Made by a program: the position numbers and the translations under genes. The notes beneath the pieces were generated by a model. The model searched no databases, had not been told where the DNA came from, and saw nothing but the letters and a program-made list of their open reading frames with translations. From Peptococcaceae bacterium (lineage in GTDB: Bacteria > Bacillota > Desulfitobacteriia > Desulfitobacteriales > Syntrophobotulaceae): a stretch of DNA of 64,000 nucleotides. Where the stretch lies: assembly GCA_012524045.1 (NCBI GenBank), contig JAAYSI010000016.1, forward strand, positions 697-64,696. The letters run 5' to 3'. Positions 52,994 to 63,344 of this stretch are shown here, piece after piece. The number at the start of each line of letters is the position of its first letter. Position 1 is the first letter of the stretch.

Positions 52994-55441
52994 CTACCTT
53001 ATAGGTCTAAACCCTTTTAATCTTAAAGCATTCAATACCACCGAAACCGAACTGAAACTCATTGCCGCTGCTGCAATCATCGGATTTAACAATGGCCCGC
53101 CAAAGATATACAGGATACCCATAGCAATCGGTATACCCAAGGTATTATAGCCGAAAGCCCAGAACAGATTTTGCTTAATATTTCTGATAGTGCTTTTGCT
53201 TAGCTGGATAGCAGTAGGAACATCCAGCAAATCACTTCTCATTAGCACAATATCTGCCGATTCCATGGCCACATCCGTCCCGGAGCCTATAGCTATACCA
53301 ATATCAGCTTGGGCCAGAGCCGGAGCATCATTGATTCCGTCGCCAACCATGGCTACTTTTTTACCCTCTGCTTGAAGTTTTTTAACTTCCTTAGCCTTGT
53401 CTTCCGGCAGCACTTCGGCCAGGGTTCTATCTATGTTCACCTGCTTAGCAATAGCCTCAGCAGTCCTCTTATTATCCCCGGTTAACATGATTACTTCAAT
53501 ACCCATCTGGTGAAGCTTTTCAATAGCCTTCCTACTGTTAGCTTTAATGGTATCGGCTACGGCGATAATTCCGGCAATCTTTTTATCCAGGGCCACATAC
53601 ATCGGAGTCTTGCCCTCTGCCGCTAATTTATCGGAAGTCTCCTCTAAATTTTCTAAGGATATTTTGTTCTCCAGCATTAACTTTCTATTGCCAAGCAAAA
53701 TATTTCGGCCATCTATGACAACTTCGATCCCTTGCCCCGGAATTGCCTTAAAAGACTCAAGTTTTTTTAATTCTAATCCCTGTTCTTCAGCACCTTTAAC
53801 AATCGCTTCACCAAGAGGATGTTCCGAGCCTTTTTCCGCAGAGGCAGCCAATTGTAAAAGAAGGTCTGAACCCAAACCATTTAGGGTTATCACATCTGTG
53901 ACTTTGGGTTTACCTTCCGTAATAGTACCCGTCTTATCAAAAACAATTGTAGTTATCCGATGGGAAACTTCCAAAGCCTCGCCACTCTTGATTAAAACGC
54001 CGTATTCCGCTCCTTTGCCCGTCCCGACCATAATAGCTGTCGGAGTGGCTAGCCCTAAAGCACAAGGACAGGCAATAACAAGTACGGAAATAAATATGGT
54101 CAGCGCAAATACTGTTGATTGTCCGCCGACAAAATACCAAGCCAGAGCTGATATACTGGCCAAGGCGATAACCACCGGTACAAAATAACCGGAGATAACA
54201 TCTGCCAGTTTCGCAATCGGCGCTTTAGAGCCTTGAGCCTCTTCCACCAAATTTATTATTTGGGCTAAAACAGTATCTTTGCCAACTTTAGTCGCTTTAT
54301 ATTTAATATTACCGTGCTTATTGATACTTGCTCCGATTATTTGATCCCCTACATATTTTTCAACCGGAATACTTTCCCCTGTGAGCATCGATTCATCCAC
54401 AGAAGTAGTTCCTTCTATTACTTCTCCGTCTACGGGCATTTTTTCACCCGGTTTAACAACGATTATATCTCCCACTTCAACTTCCTCGATAGGAATTTCC
54501 ACTTCTTCATTATCCCTTATGATAGTAGCTGTTTTCGGCGCAAGGCCCATCAATTTCTTAATAGCTTCGGAGGTCCGACCCTTGGAAACTGCTTCCAGGT
54601 ATTTACCGAGCGTAATAAGGGTTAAGATTACACCCGCCGCCTCAAAGTATAATTGCTCGGCGTAGCTTACATTGCCGCCAAAAATTTGGCTGATAGCATA
54701 AAGCCCGTAAAGAAATGCTGCGGAAGTACCAATCGCGATCAAAGAATCCATATTAGGGCTTCCCCTAAACAATGACCTAAAGCCCACAGTAAAGAAGCGA
54801 TGACCTGCAATCATAACCGGTATGGTCAAAAATAATTGCGCTAATGCAAAATTTAAAGGATTAAGCATGGGATCTATAAATGCCGGAAGTTTTAATCCGA
54901 GCATATGCCCCATAGCAATATAGAGTAACGGCACTGTAAATAAAGCGGAAGTAATAAACTTTCGCCATAGAAGCTTTGTTTCTTGGTCTTTTTTTTCTTG
55001 GTCCCTATCTACCACAATCTCTTCATCTTGAGCTTTATACCCGGCCTTCTCTATAGCCTTTTTAATATCAGATATTCTTACTTTAGACGACTCGTAATTT
55101 ATAGTTAATCTCTCCGTTGCCAAATTAACGTTAGCTTCTATAACCCCATCTAGCTTTCTGGCAGCTCTTTCTACCGCTTTAGCGCAAGCAGCGCAAGTCA
55201 TACCCTCTATTTTCAAAGTTTTGCTGCTCGACTCGGTAATTGCTTTGTAGCCTGCTTTGGCCACTGCTGCTTGAATATCCTCTACAGAGACTTTATCTTC
55301 TTCGAAATCTATGGTTAGTTTTTCGGTAGCAAAATTAATAGTCGCTTCGGTTACTCCTTCAAGTTTTCGCGTTGCTCTTTCTACCGCTTTGGCACAGGCA
55401 GCGCAAGTCATTCCTTCTATGGTAAAAGTTTTAGTCGCCAT
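52994..55441 (-). CDS. copA: Copper-translocating P1B-type ATPase
   Basis: Two N-terminal HMA domains (GMTCAACA x2), CPC in the TM region, DKTGT and GDGINDAP. Confidence 0.92.
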   Translation of the reverse strand: MATKTFTIEGMTCAACAKAVERATRKLEGVTEATINFATEKLTIDFEEDKVSVEDIQAAVAKAGYKAITESSSKTLKIEGMTCAACAKAVERAARKLDGVIEANVNLATERLTINYESSKVRISDIKKAIEKAGYKAQDEEIVVDRDQEKKDQETKLLWRKFITSALFTVPLLYIAMGHMLGLKLPAFIDPMLNPLNFALAQLFLTIPVMIAGHRFFTVGFRSLFRGSPNMDSLIAIGTSAAFLYGLYAISQIFGGNVSYAEQLYFEAAGVILTLITLGKYLEAVSKGRTSEAIKKLMGLAPKTATIIRDNEEVEIPIEEVEVGDIIVVKPGEKMPVDGEVIEGTTSVDESMLTGESIPVEKYVGDQIIGASINKHGNIKYKATKVGKDTVLAQIINLVEEAQGSKAPIAKLADVISGYFVPVVIALASISALAWYFVGGQSTVFALTIFISVLVIACPCALGLATPTAIMVGTGKGAEYGVLIKSGEALEVSHRITTIVFDKTGTITEGKPKVTDVITLNGLGSDLLLQLAASAEKGSEHPLGEAIVKGAEEQGLELKKLESFKAIPGQGIEVVIDGRNILLGNRKLMLENKISLENLEETSDKLAAEGKTPMYVALDKKIAGIIAVADTIKANSRKAIEKLHQMGIEVIMLTGDNKRTAEAIAKQVNIDRTLAEVLPEDKAKEVKKLQAEGKKVAMVGDGINDAPALAQADIGIAIGSGTDVAMESADIVLMRSDLLDVPTAIQLSKSTIRNIKQNLFWAFGYNTLGIPIAMGILYIFGGPLLNPMIAAAAMSFSSVSVVLNALRLKGFRPIR

Positions 55442-55521
55442 CTATTTCCACTCCTTGCCGGTACTCTTTTTCCTGTTTTTCCATCTGCTCCTATTTGATA
55501 AACTCTAGCATAAACAAAATT

Positions 55522-55788
55522 CTATCTACTAGTTATTTTAGCCAGTATCTGCATAATTTCCTCAATTTTTTCGCTTCCATTTCCTTGTTGAAAAGCTTCA
55601 GCTACACAATGCTCCATATGTTGTTTCAAGATCAACAGATTTGCTTTTTTTAGAAGTGCTTGCGAAGCAATGATCTGATTAGACACATCCACGCAATATC
55701 TTCCCTCTTCGAGCATTCTGATAGTTGCATCTACCTGTCCCCTTGCTGTTTTCAAAGCTTGTAAAGCCTGCTTCTGTTGTTTGTTCAT
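55522..55788 (-). CDS. csoR: CsoR-family metal-sensing repressor
   Basis: 88 aa. ..GQVDATIRMLEEGRYCVDVSNQIIASQALLKKA...LKQHMEHCV carries the C-H-C ligand pattern. Confidence 0.85.
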   Translation of the reverse strand: MNKQQKQALQALKTARGQVDATIRMLEEGRYCVDVSNQIIASQALLKKANLLILKQHMEHCVAEAFQQGNGSEKIEEIMQILAKITSR

Positions 55789-55806
55789 TTTCCCCAGCTC
55801 CTGACT

Positions 55807-55821
55807 CTCCCCCTGGGGGAG
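55807..55821 (-). promoter_or_regulatory. Candidate CsoR operator (CTCCCCC-T-GGGGGAG)
   Basis: Perfect GC-tract inverted repeat 19-33 nt upstream of the csoR ATG. CsoR operators are G/C-tract pseudo-palindromes. Confidence 0.5.
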
Positions 55822-55920
55822 GGGGTGATGTTTTAATAGTAATATACAAATTTAATTAATTCAAGCCTTTTAATTAAAAAACCCTAGGATAGTTGAAACC
55901 TCTTAAAAAGCATATTAATT

Positions 55921-55962
55921 AAAAAAGCATACTGCCAGAGCATGCTGAAGTATGCTTTTTTA
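55921..55962 (-). terminator. Intrinsic terminator after cysK (bidirectional architecture)
   Basis: aaaaaagcatact ... agtatgctttttt. Confidence 0.7.
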
Positions 55963-55991
55963 ACATTTTCCGATTTGTTATTAATTCGTTA

Positions 55992-56921
55992 TTAATTTTC
56001 CTGAAACATTGCTGTGCTTAGGTATCTTTCCCCTGTATCGGGCAGGATAACCACAATCATCTTCCCTTCATTTTCCGGACGAGCAGCAAGCTGGAAAGCA
56101 GCATAAGCCGCAGCCCCGGAAGATATGCCTACTAAGATACCCTCTTCTCTGGCCAATCGGCGGCCTGTTTCCATAGCCTGATCATTAGTTACCTGAATAA
56201 CTTCATCTAAAATCTCTCGGTTTAGTACTTTGGGAACAAAGCCGGCTCCTATACCTTGAATTTTATGAGGACCCGGATTGCCGCCGGAGAGTACCGGAGA
56301 GTCACTTGGTTCGACTGCAATCACTTTCAAAGCCGGTTTACGTGCTTTTAAGACTTCTCCTACTCCTGTAAGTGTACCACCTGTTCCGACTCCGCCTACT
56401 AGAATGTCTATCTTCCCTTCCGTATCGGCCCACATTTCTTCTGCCGTTGTTTGGCGATGAATCTCCGGATTGGCCGGATTCTCAAACTGTTGAGGAATAA
56501 ACGAATTAGGGATTTCTTTGGCTAGTTCCAAAGCTTTGCTGATTGCCCCATTCATACCGGCAGGCCCAGGGGTCAAAACCAATTCAGCGCCATAGGCTTT
56601 AAACAGGTTACGCCTTTCTACGCTCATGGTCTCCGGCATAGTAATAATAAGCCTATAACCTCTAGCTGCGCAAACAAAAGCTAAACCAACACCCGTATTG
56701 CCGCTTGTAGGTTCTATGATCACGGTGTCCTTATTTATCAAACCTTTTTCTTCAGCACTTTTAATCATATTAAAGCTAATTCTGTCTTTCACGCTTCCGC
56801 CAGGATTAAATGACTCTAATTTGGCAATGACATCAGCCTTCAGTCCTTCCGTGATTTTGCTCAATCTTACTAACGGGGTACCGCCAATAAGCTCAGTAAG
56901 GCTGTTATAGATTTTGGCCAT
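55992..56921 (-). CDS. cysK: Cysteine synthase A (O-acetylserine sulfhydrylase)
   Basis: [38 protein letters not shown]. Confidence 0.92.
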   Translation of the reverse strand: MAKIYNSLTELIGGTPLVRLSKITEGLKADVIAKLESFNPGGSVKDRISFNMIKSAEEKGLINKDTVIIEPTSGNTGVGLAFVCAARGYRLIITMPETMSVERRNLFKAYGAELVLTPGPAGMNGAISKALELAKEIPNSFIPQQFENPANPEIHRQTTAEEMWADTEGKIDILVGGVGTGGTLTGVGEVLKARKPALKVIAVEPSDSPVLSGGNPGPHKIQGIGAGFVPKVLNREILDEVIQVTNDQAMETGRRLAREEGILVGISSGAAAYAAFQLAARPENEGKMIVVILPDTGERYLSTAMFQEN

Positions 56922-57052
56922 AGGTACAACCTCCTCAAAACTTCTAAAAGTCTATAGATTTAGTAGTCTTTAGCATAGGATATTTTATAAATTCCTCTTT
57001 GTCAATACTTATTGTTAATTTTTACCCTAAGAGATTTAATTGCAGAGACTTC

Positions 57053-57499
57053 TCAGATACAGTAATCATAGACAAATTCCTTCGGCTTTTGGCTCTCTCG
57101 CACAAGATCTTCTAAGGTATAAGAGTCTAAAACTTCATTCATTGTCTTCCTTAGGTCTTCCCAAACCTTCCTGGTCACACATAACTCCATACGGGAACAA
57201 AGTCCTTGACGGTTGTCATCAACACACTCCACCGGGGCAATTGGGCCTTCCAGCGCTCGAATTACATCACCTACAGTGATATCCTGAGGCTCTTTATTCA
57301 GGATATACCCCCCCTGAAACCCTCGGATACTCTTTATAAGGCCGTTTTTCCGCAAGGAGGTTAAAAGCTGTTCCAAATAGCGGTCGGAAATCTCCTGTCT
57401 CTGAGCGATACTATGAATTGTAACCGGTCCTGTATTCTGATTAAGAGCTATGTCCAGAATGGCCCTTAGACCATACCTTCCCTTAGTTGATAGTTTCAA
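57053..57499 (-). CDS. Rrf2-family transcriptional regulator (CymR/IscR-like)
   Basis: (M)KLSTKGRYGLRAILDIAL... is the Rrf2 wHTH. AGAGGGGG lies 7 nt upstream of a TTG at 57499. It sits directly upstream of cysK. Confidence 0.8.
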   Translation of the reverse strand: MKLSTKGRYGLRAILDIALNQNTGPVTIHSIAQRQEISDRYLEQLLTSLRKNGLIKSIRGFQGGYILNKEPQDITVGDVIRALEGPIAPVECVDDNRQGLCSRMELCVTRKVWEDLRKTMNEVLDSYTLEDLVRESQKPKEFVYDYCI

Positions 57500-57654
57500 A
57501 AAAATGCCCCCTCTCAAATTCAAACCCTAGTATTGTCAATTTTTTGCGTAAAAAGCTTTCTACCGATAGAATAACACATTATCTATAGTTTTTGTATACT
57601 TTAAGTTTTAGCGCTTTCTTCTGCTAAGAAAAAGAGAATCTGGAGTAAGTCTCA

Positions 57655-57663
57655 TGGTATAAT
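57655..57663 (+). promoter_or_regulatory. Candidate extended -10 (TGGTATAAT) for the yueI-like gene
   Basis: Read directly. It lies about 55 nt upstream of the TTG start at 57719. Confidence 0.3.
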
Positions 57664-57718
57664 AGTAAAAAGTAACATTCGGCTTTGCCAATAAAGAAAA
57701 CACAAGGAGAGTATTTAA

Positions 57719-58120
57719 TTGAGTAACGATTGGGAAAAAGAGCGTCTTAAAAATTTTGCTGCTAAATCCGAATTAGAACAGACTATTGCCGTAGGGATTC
57801 ACGGTACTCCGGAGTTAAAATATGAAGAAAAAAGACGACATCTAGGAGAGTTTCGGGAGCGAGTATTAAAACTATTAACTAAGGGTCAAGTTATGGAAAA
57901 CAAAATATACCAGGAAATAGTTGAGGCTCTCCAAGACCAGAGAGCCACCAAAATGTTAATCCATGGGGATATTGCTTATAGATTCCGTAGCAAGTATCAG
58001 AAAATCGCTAATGAGCTTAAGAAACCTTACACTATTGTTCACGATCCAGAACTGAAAGGTGACGTAGGTTTAGTTATTGCTAGTGACCAAGCGGTAGATG
58101 TTGAAGATATTTATATTTAA
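57719..58120 (+). CDS. yueI: YueI-family (DUF1694) protein
   Basis: ..GIHGTPELKYEEKRRHLGEFRERVL.. is the pattern remembered for YueI. AAGGAG lies 8 nt upstream of the TTG start. Confidence 0.65.
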   Translation: MSNDWEKERLKNFAAKSELEQTIAVGIHGTPELKYEEKRRHLGEFRERVLKLLTKGQVMENKIYQEIVEALQDQRATKMLIHGDIAYRFRSKYQKIANELKKPYTIVHDPELKGDVGLVIASDQAVDVEDIYI

Positions 58121-58132
58121 TATACCGCTTAC

Positions 58133-58228
58133 CTACCACCAATAACCCCTACTTCTGAATCCACGTCTAAAGCCAAAACCAAAGCCAAAGCCTAAAAACG
58201 GCCAAAAGAAAGGAAATCCCCAGAACAT
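58133..58228 (-). CDS. Unannotated tiny Phe/Gly/Trp-rich peptide (31 aa)
   Basis: My own translation is MFWGFPFFWPFLGFGFGFGFRRGFRSRGYWW. AAGGAG lies upstream of the ATG. Confidence 0.4.
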   Translation of the reverse strand: MFWGFPFFWPFLGFGFGFGFRRGFRSRGYWW

Positions 58229-58297
58229 CTCTTTCACTCCTTATTGTAAAATATTTCCAATAATAATATATTAACTTAAAGCTTTTTAGAAAGTTGT

Positions 58298-58333
58298 CCG
58301 CAATAAAAGAACCGGCCTTAGAACCGGTTCTTT
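58298..58333 (-). terminator. Intrinsic terminator after the DUF1540 gene
   Basis: aaagaaccgg / ccggttcttt, a 10-bp stem with a U-rich tail on the minus strand. Confidence 0.55.
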
Positions 58334-58347
58334 ACATTTCTGCCTTT

Positions 58348-58518
58348 CTACTGTTCTTTAATGAAAGTAGCACAATCTGTCTGTTCAGAGTTAGAAGCAT
58401 TACGTGGTCTTACTTCAATTCTCTCAGCCGTACAGTAATCACCATTCATGTAGTAATGGCAAGTATTTACTTCGCATTTAATGCCGGAATTGGGGCTCTG
58501 CATTTTTTTCACTCTCAT
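58348..58518 (-). CDS. DUF1540-domain Cys-rich small protein
   Basis: ..IKCEVNTCHYYMNGDYCTAERIEV......DCATF is the DUF1540 pattern. GGAGG lies 9 nt upstream of the ATG at 58518. Confidence 0.68.
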   Translation of the reverse strand: MRVKKMQSPNSGIKCEVNTCHYYMNGDYCTAERIEVRPRNASNSEQTDCATFIKEQ

Positions 58519-58589
58519 GCCAGCATACCTCCACAATTTAAAATTACGTTAATATTATTAGCTGGACAGCTGGATTTATACTGAAAGTT

Positions 58590-59870
<1,281 letters not shown>

Positions 59871-59887
59871 TTATCTCACCCCTTAAA

Positions 59888-60829
59888 TTAATTGGTGTTT
59901 GCTTTGACCACTGCGTTCAACTGGCTTAAATCGTACGGAGTTTCCTGATAGACGTAGTAATTCAGCCAGTTCACAAAGAGTAGATTGGCGTGCCCGCGCC
60001 AAGTGACAATAGGATCCTTTTCCGGATCATCGTCCGGGAAATAGTTTTGCGGAACGGCAATGTCCAGACCTTTATTGATATCACGCACATATTCGTCTTT
60101 TAAGGTTAATTTATCGTATTCAGGATGGCCGGTTACAAAAATCTGCCTACCGTCTTTCCTAGCCACTAAGTAAACTCCGGCCTGCTCGGATTGAGCGAGT
60201 ATTTCTAAAGAACTATGCTTAACGATGTCTTCCTCTCTAACTTCAGTATAGCGTGAATGAGGAGCTGGAAAAACATCGTCAAAACCCCGCAAGAACTTAT
60301 TATTCTGCTGGCTAGGATAGTGCGGAAAAACACCGAACATTTTGGCCTTAAGCGGGTACTTGGGAATCCCATAGTGATAATAAAGACCGGCTTGAGCTCC
60401 CCAACAAACATACATTGTCGAATAAACATTAGTTAAACTCCAACTCATAATTTGCGTAAGTTCTTCCCAATAATCCACTTCTTCAAAGTCCAAATTTTCT
60501 ACCGGTGCACCGGTAATAATAAGTCCGTCAAATCTTTGATCCTTAACTTCTTCAAAAGTACTATAAAACCTGCTTAGATATTCCAGCCGGATATTGGTAG
60601 GCGTGTGACTTTGGGTATGGAGTAAGGTAATTTCTATCTGCAAAGGTGAGTTACTTAAAAGCCGCAAAAATTGGGTTTCCGTAATTATTTTGGTAGGCAT
60701 CAGGTTTAAGAGAGCAATCCGCAACGGACGGATGTCCTGAGTCAGAGCCCTTTGTTCATCCATCACGAAAATATTTTCATTTTCCAAGACATTTCTGGCC
60801 GGTAAAAAATCCGGTATTTTAATTGGCAT
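59888..60829 (-). CDS. metA: Homoserine O-acyltransferase, MetA family
   Basis: [11 protein letters not shown]...L..ENIFVM......QDIRPL.I.LLNLMP is the classic MetA N-terminus. Confidence 0.9.
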   Translation of the reverse strand: MPIKIPDFLPARNVLENENIFVMDEQRALTQDIRPLRIALLNLMPTKIITETQFLRLLSNSPLQIEITLLHTQSHTPTNIRLEYLSRFYSTFEEVKDQRFDGLIITGAPVENLDFEEVDYWEELTQIMSWSLTNVYSTMYVCWGAQAGLYYHYGIPKYPLKAKMFGVFPHYPSQQNNKFLRGFDDVFPAPHSRYTEVREEDIVKHSSLEILAQSEQAGVYLVARKDGRQIFVTGHPEYDKLTLKDEYVRDINKGLDIAVPQNYFPDDDPEKDPIVTWRGHANLLFVNWLNYYVYQETPYDLSQLNAVVKANTN

Positions 60830-60871
60830 AAGCGTTCACCCCACCCTTTATTTCTTGCAAAAACTTTTCAC

Positions 60872-61696
60872 TTAAGTAACTAATAACTTTTCATTTAAAC
60901 TCCCACTTCTGTAACCTTTAAGATCAAGGGTTGTATACGAAAATCCGAGTTCAGCAAAAGCTCGGTAAATATAGTCAGCTACTTCAGCCTCAAGTATTTT
61001 TAATTGTTCTTCCTTAAGTATTTCTATTCGGGCAATATCTCCATGATAACGTACTCTAAACTGTTTAAAGCCTAAATCCGCCAGAATGCGTTCCGCCTTG
61101 TTCACCATTGTTAATTTTTCTTTAGTTATCTCCTCACCATAAGGAAAACGAGAAGCAAGGCAGGCCATTGACGGTTTATCCCAAACAGCAAGCCCTAAAT
61201 CTTTGGCTAAAGCCCGCACATCGGCTTTGGTTAAGCCTGCTTTCACAAAGGGACTGTGAATACCCAGCTCTTCCAAAGCTCGTATTCCGGGACGATAATC
61301 CTGCAAATCATCCAGATTGGAGCCTTCGGCTATATGCTGAAAACCCAGTTTAGCTGCCGCATCTTTTATTTGGCTAAATATGTATTTTTTACAAATATAG
61401 CAGCGTTCAGGAGGATTTTGCCGATACTCAGCTATTTCCAGCTCATTACAAGTAAGGATGTAATGCTTGATTCCTTGTTGTTTACAAAATTCTACGGCAC
61501 TTTCTAGCTCCACTTCCGGAAAGGCTTCCAGTTCTACGGTTACCGCCGCTATATTCTTTCCTAAAACCTGCTGGGCAACTTTTAAAAGTAAAGTACTGTC
61601 CACCCCTGCAGAAAAGGCTATTAACACTTTCTCCAGCGCAGCTAATTCTCGTTGCAATGAGGCTAGCTTTTCTGATTTCTTATCTGTTCTTTGCAA
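60872..61696 (-). CDS. larE: PP-loop ATP-dependent sulfur transferase, LarE-like (TIGR00268-type)
   Basis: PP-loop AFSAGVDSTLLL and the conserved ..PSMACLASRFPYG.. cysteine region of LarE-type enzymes. Confidence 0.75.
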   Translation of the reverse strand: MQRTDKKSEKLASLQRELAALEKVLIAFSAGVDSTLLLKVAQQVLGKNIAAVTVELEAFPEVELESAVEFCKQQGIKHYILTCNELEIAEYRQNPPERCYICKKYIFSQIKDAAAKLGFQHIAEGSNLDDLQDYRPGIRALEELGIHSPFVKAGLTKADVRALAKDLGLAVWDKPSMACLASRFPYGEEITKEKLTMVNKAERILADLGFKQFRVRYHGDIARIEILKEEQLKILEAEVADYIYRAFAELGFSYTTLDLKGYRSGSLNEKLLVT

Positions 61697-61790
61697 GTTA
61701 ATCCCTTCTTTCTGGTTAGAGCCAGATTTCCCCTTATTTTAAAATTTTTAGTTTATAATATAGCACATTATCCATAGTATTTCTATAGTT

Positions 61791-62702
61791 TTAATAGCCT
61801 AAATTAATAATTATTTGCTGAAAATCTTCAGGCCACGGAGCATGTACGCTGATTTCTTGGCCGCTCGTAGGATGAACAAAAGTTACCGTCCGGGCGTGTA
61901 GAGCCTGGCGGGAAATCAACGGAGAGGGTTTGCCGTACATTCTGTCTCCAAGAAGGGGATGGCCGATATGAGCCAGATGAACTCTGATTTGGTGGGTCCT
62001 ACCCGTTATTAGCCTTAGTTCTAATAAAGATATTTCCATAGAATTCTCTGGTCTTACTAGGGTTTCAAGGGTCCTATAATGGGTTACAGCTTTTAGACCC
62101 TGTTCCCTAACCGCCCGCCGATTAGCTTTAAGAGCATCCGGCCCTAGCGGAAGATCTATTTCCCCCGAAGGATGTTCTAACCTACCCGGCACCAGTGCCC
62201 AATAGATACGCTTAAACAGACCGTCTTTTAATTGTTGTTCGAGCGCCGATTGGATACTGGCCTTTTTAGCAAATACTACGCAGCCGGTAGTATCCCTGTC
62301 TAATCTATGCAGGGGCCTAATGGTTAGAACTTGTCCCTTCTGCTGGAAATAATGGGCCAAATAATTAGCCAAGGTCCCATGTCCGGTTTGGCCTGCCGGG
62401 TGAACCAACATATGCGCCGGCTTATTTACAACCACTATTTCCGAGTCTTCAAATAAGATTTGGACAAAACCTGCTTCCGGAACAACACCATAAGATTGAT
62501 CCTGTAAGATTAAGACTTTAAGCTGATCTCCGGCCCTAACTTTTTTCTTAAGAAAAACCGTTTTCTTGTTTAATAAAATACCTTTCAATCTTGTGAGCTT
62601 TTGGATTTTTCGGCCGGAATAGCCCAAGATATTTTTCAAATAATATTCAACCGTTAAACCCTGATGTTCCTCCGCAACCTGAAAAGTTTCGTAAGACTTC
62701 AC
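61791..62702 (-). CDS. RluA-family 23S rRNA pseudouridine synthase (RluD-like) with an S4 domain
   Basis: ..HRLDRDTTGCVVFAK.. catalytic Asp motif and ..TGRTHQIRVHLA... GTG start. Confidence 0.85.
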   Translation of the reverse strand: MKSYETFQVAEEHQGLTVEYYLKNILGYSGRKIQKLTRLKGILLNKKTVFLKKKVRAGDQLKVLILQDQSYGVVPEAGFVQILFEDSEIVVVNKPAHMLVHPAGQTGHGTLANYLAHYFQQKGQVLTIRPLHRLDRDTTGCVVFAKKASIQSALEQQLKDGLFKRIYWALVPGRLEHPSGEIDLPLGPDALKANRRAVREQGLKAVTHYRTLETLVRPENSMEISLLELRLITGRTHQIRVHLAHIGHPLLGDRMYGKPSPLISRQALHARTVTFVHPTSGQEISVHAPWPEDFQQIIINLGY

Positions 62703-62804
62703 CTTTAAGTTAGACCACCTTCATTTTTGTTTGAAATTATATCCATTTAAATCAGTGTTTATATTCTACAAAACATTGCTTCCATAAGCAAAACATTAAT
62801 CAAA

Positions 62805-62856
62805 ACAAAAGAAAAGCCTATAGCCTGCCAAGTTTAACTTGCCAGGCTATAGGCTT
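62805..62856 (-). terminator. Intrinsic terminator after the YmaF-like gene
   Basis: 18-bp stem (one mismatch) gcctatagcctgccaagt / acttgccaggctataggc, followed by a U-rich run on the minus strand. Confidence 0.7.
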
Positions 62857-62893
62857 ACCTGTTAATTCCCCCTCTATTTATTTGTCGGCAATT

Positions 62894-63208
62894 TTAAATT
62901 CCCGGTGCAGGCATATCCAAACCCTGCACATGATGACGGTGGCCGTTATTTACCGTAGTGTAAAAATCCCAGTAGTGAACATGCCAGCCATTAGCCGTCG
63001 GTATGGATGGACCCGAGGTGGCCTGGTAATAATGAGCATGCCCGTGTTCATACAGGACCCAGCCTTCAGAATTATGAACATGGCTTTCACCGGATGGAAT
63101 TGCAGGGCCTGTTACATCCAGACATTGATGCGCATGATGATGATCACACGAAGTATGGGCAACGCTTCCATGATTATGATCCAGTGGGCTTCGGCGTCTA
63201 TTGTCCAT
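62894..63208 (-). CDS. ymaF: YmaF-family His-rich protein
   Basis: Repeated HxH..G modules (SHVHNSEG..GHAHYY..TSG / WHVHYW......GHRHHVQG). AGAGGGGG lies 8 nt upstream of the ATG. The overlapping plus-strand ORF has no RBS and a nonsense-like composition. Confidence 0.6.
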   Translation of the reverse strand: MDNRRRSPLDHNHGSVAHTSCDHHHAHQCLDVTGPAIPSGESHVHNSEGWVLYEHGHAHYYQATSGPSIPTANGWHVHYWDFYTTVNNGHRHHVQGLDMPAPGI

Positions 63209-63344
63209 AACAATAACCCCCTCTGATCATAATATGTTGGAACCGTATAAACAGCTAATATTTTAAAAATATCTATCTTTGTAAATATTGGAAGACCTTA
63301 GCCCTAGATTACATTTCATATAAACGAAAAGCTAAACGAAAAAG

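Noticed and set aside
53547-54188. Long antisense ORFs in the supplied track: 53547..54188 opposite copA, 50283..50705 and 49515..49898 opposite typA, 42295..42708 opposite feoA, 2580..2957 opposite the GntR gene, and 33748..33957 opposite metH.
   Set aside because: Each lies entirely inside a well-supported gene on the other strand. None has a plausible RBS. Their compositions are Ser/Pro/Leu/Ile-rich, as is typical of the reverse frame of a real gene. I recognised no motif in any of them.
55130-55430. Nucleotide direct repeat of about 50 nt (about 90 percent identical) inside copA.
   Set aside because: It corresponds to the two tandem N-terminal HMA domains ([14 protein letters not shown] x2). 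This is an ordinary domain duplication, not a mobile or regulatory repeat.
57560-57590. Imperfect palindrome tagaataacacattatcta as a CymR/Rrf2 operator upstream of the Rrf2-cysK unit.
   Set aside because: The two arms are out of register, with only about 4 bp of true symmetry at each end. I do not remember a reliable consensus to compare it with.
62882-63226. Plus-strand 114-aa ORF overlapping the YmaF-like gene.
   Set aside because: The minus-strand frame has an AGAGGGGG RBS 8 nt from its ATG, a downstream terminator and a recognisable repeated HxH module. The plus-strand product is Met/Ile/Arg-rich with no RBS.
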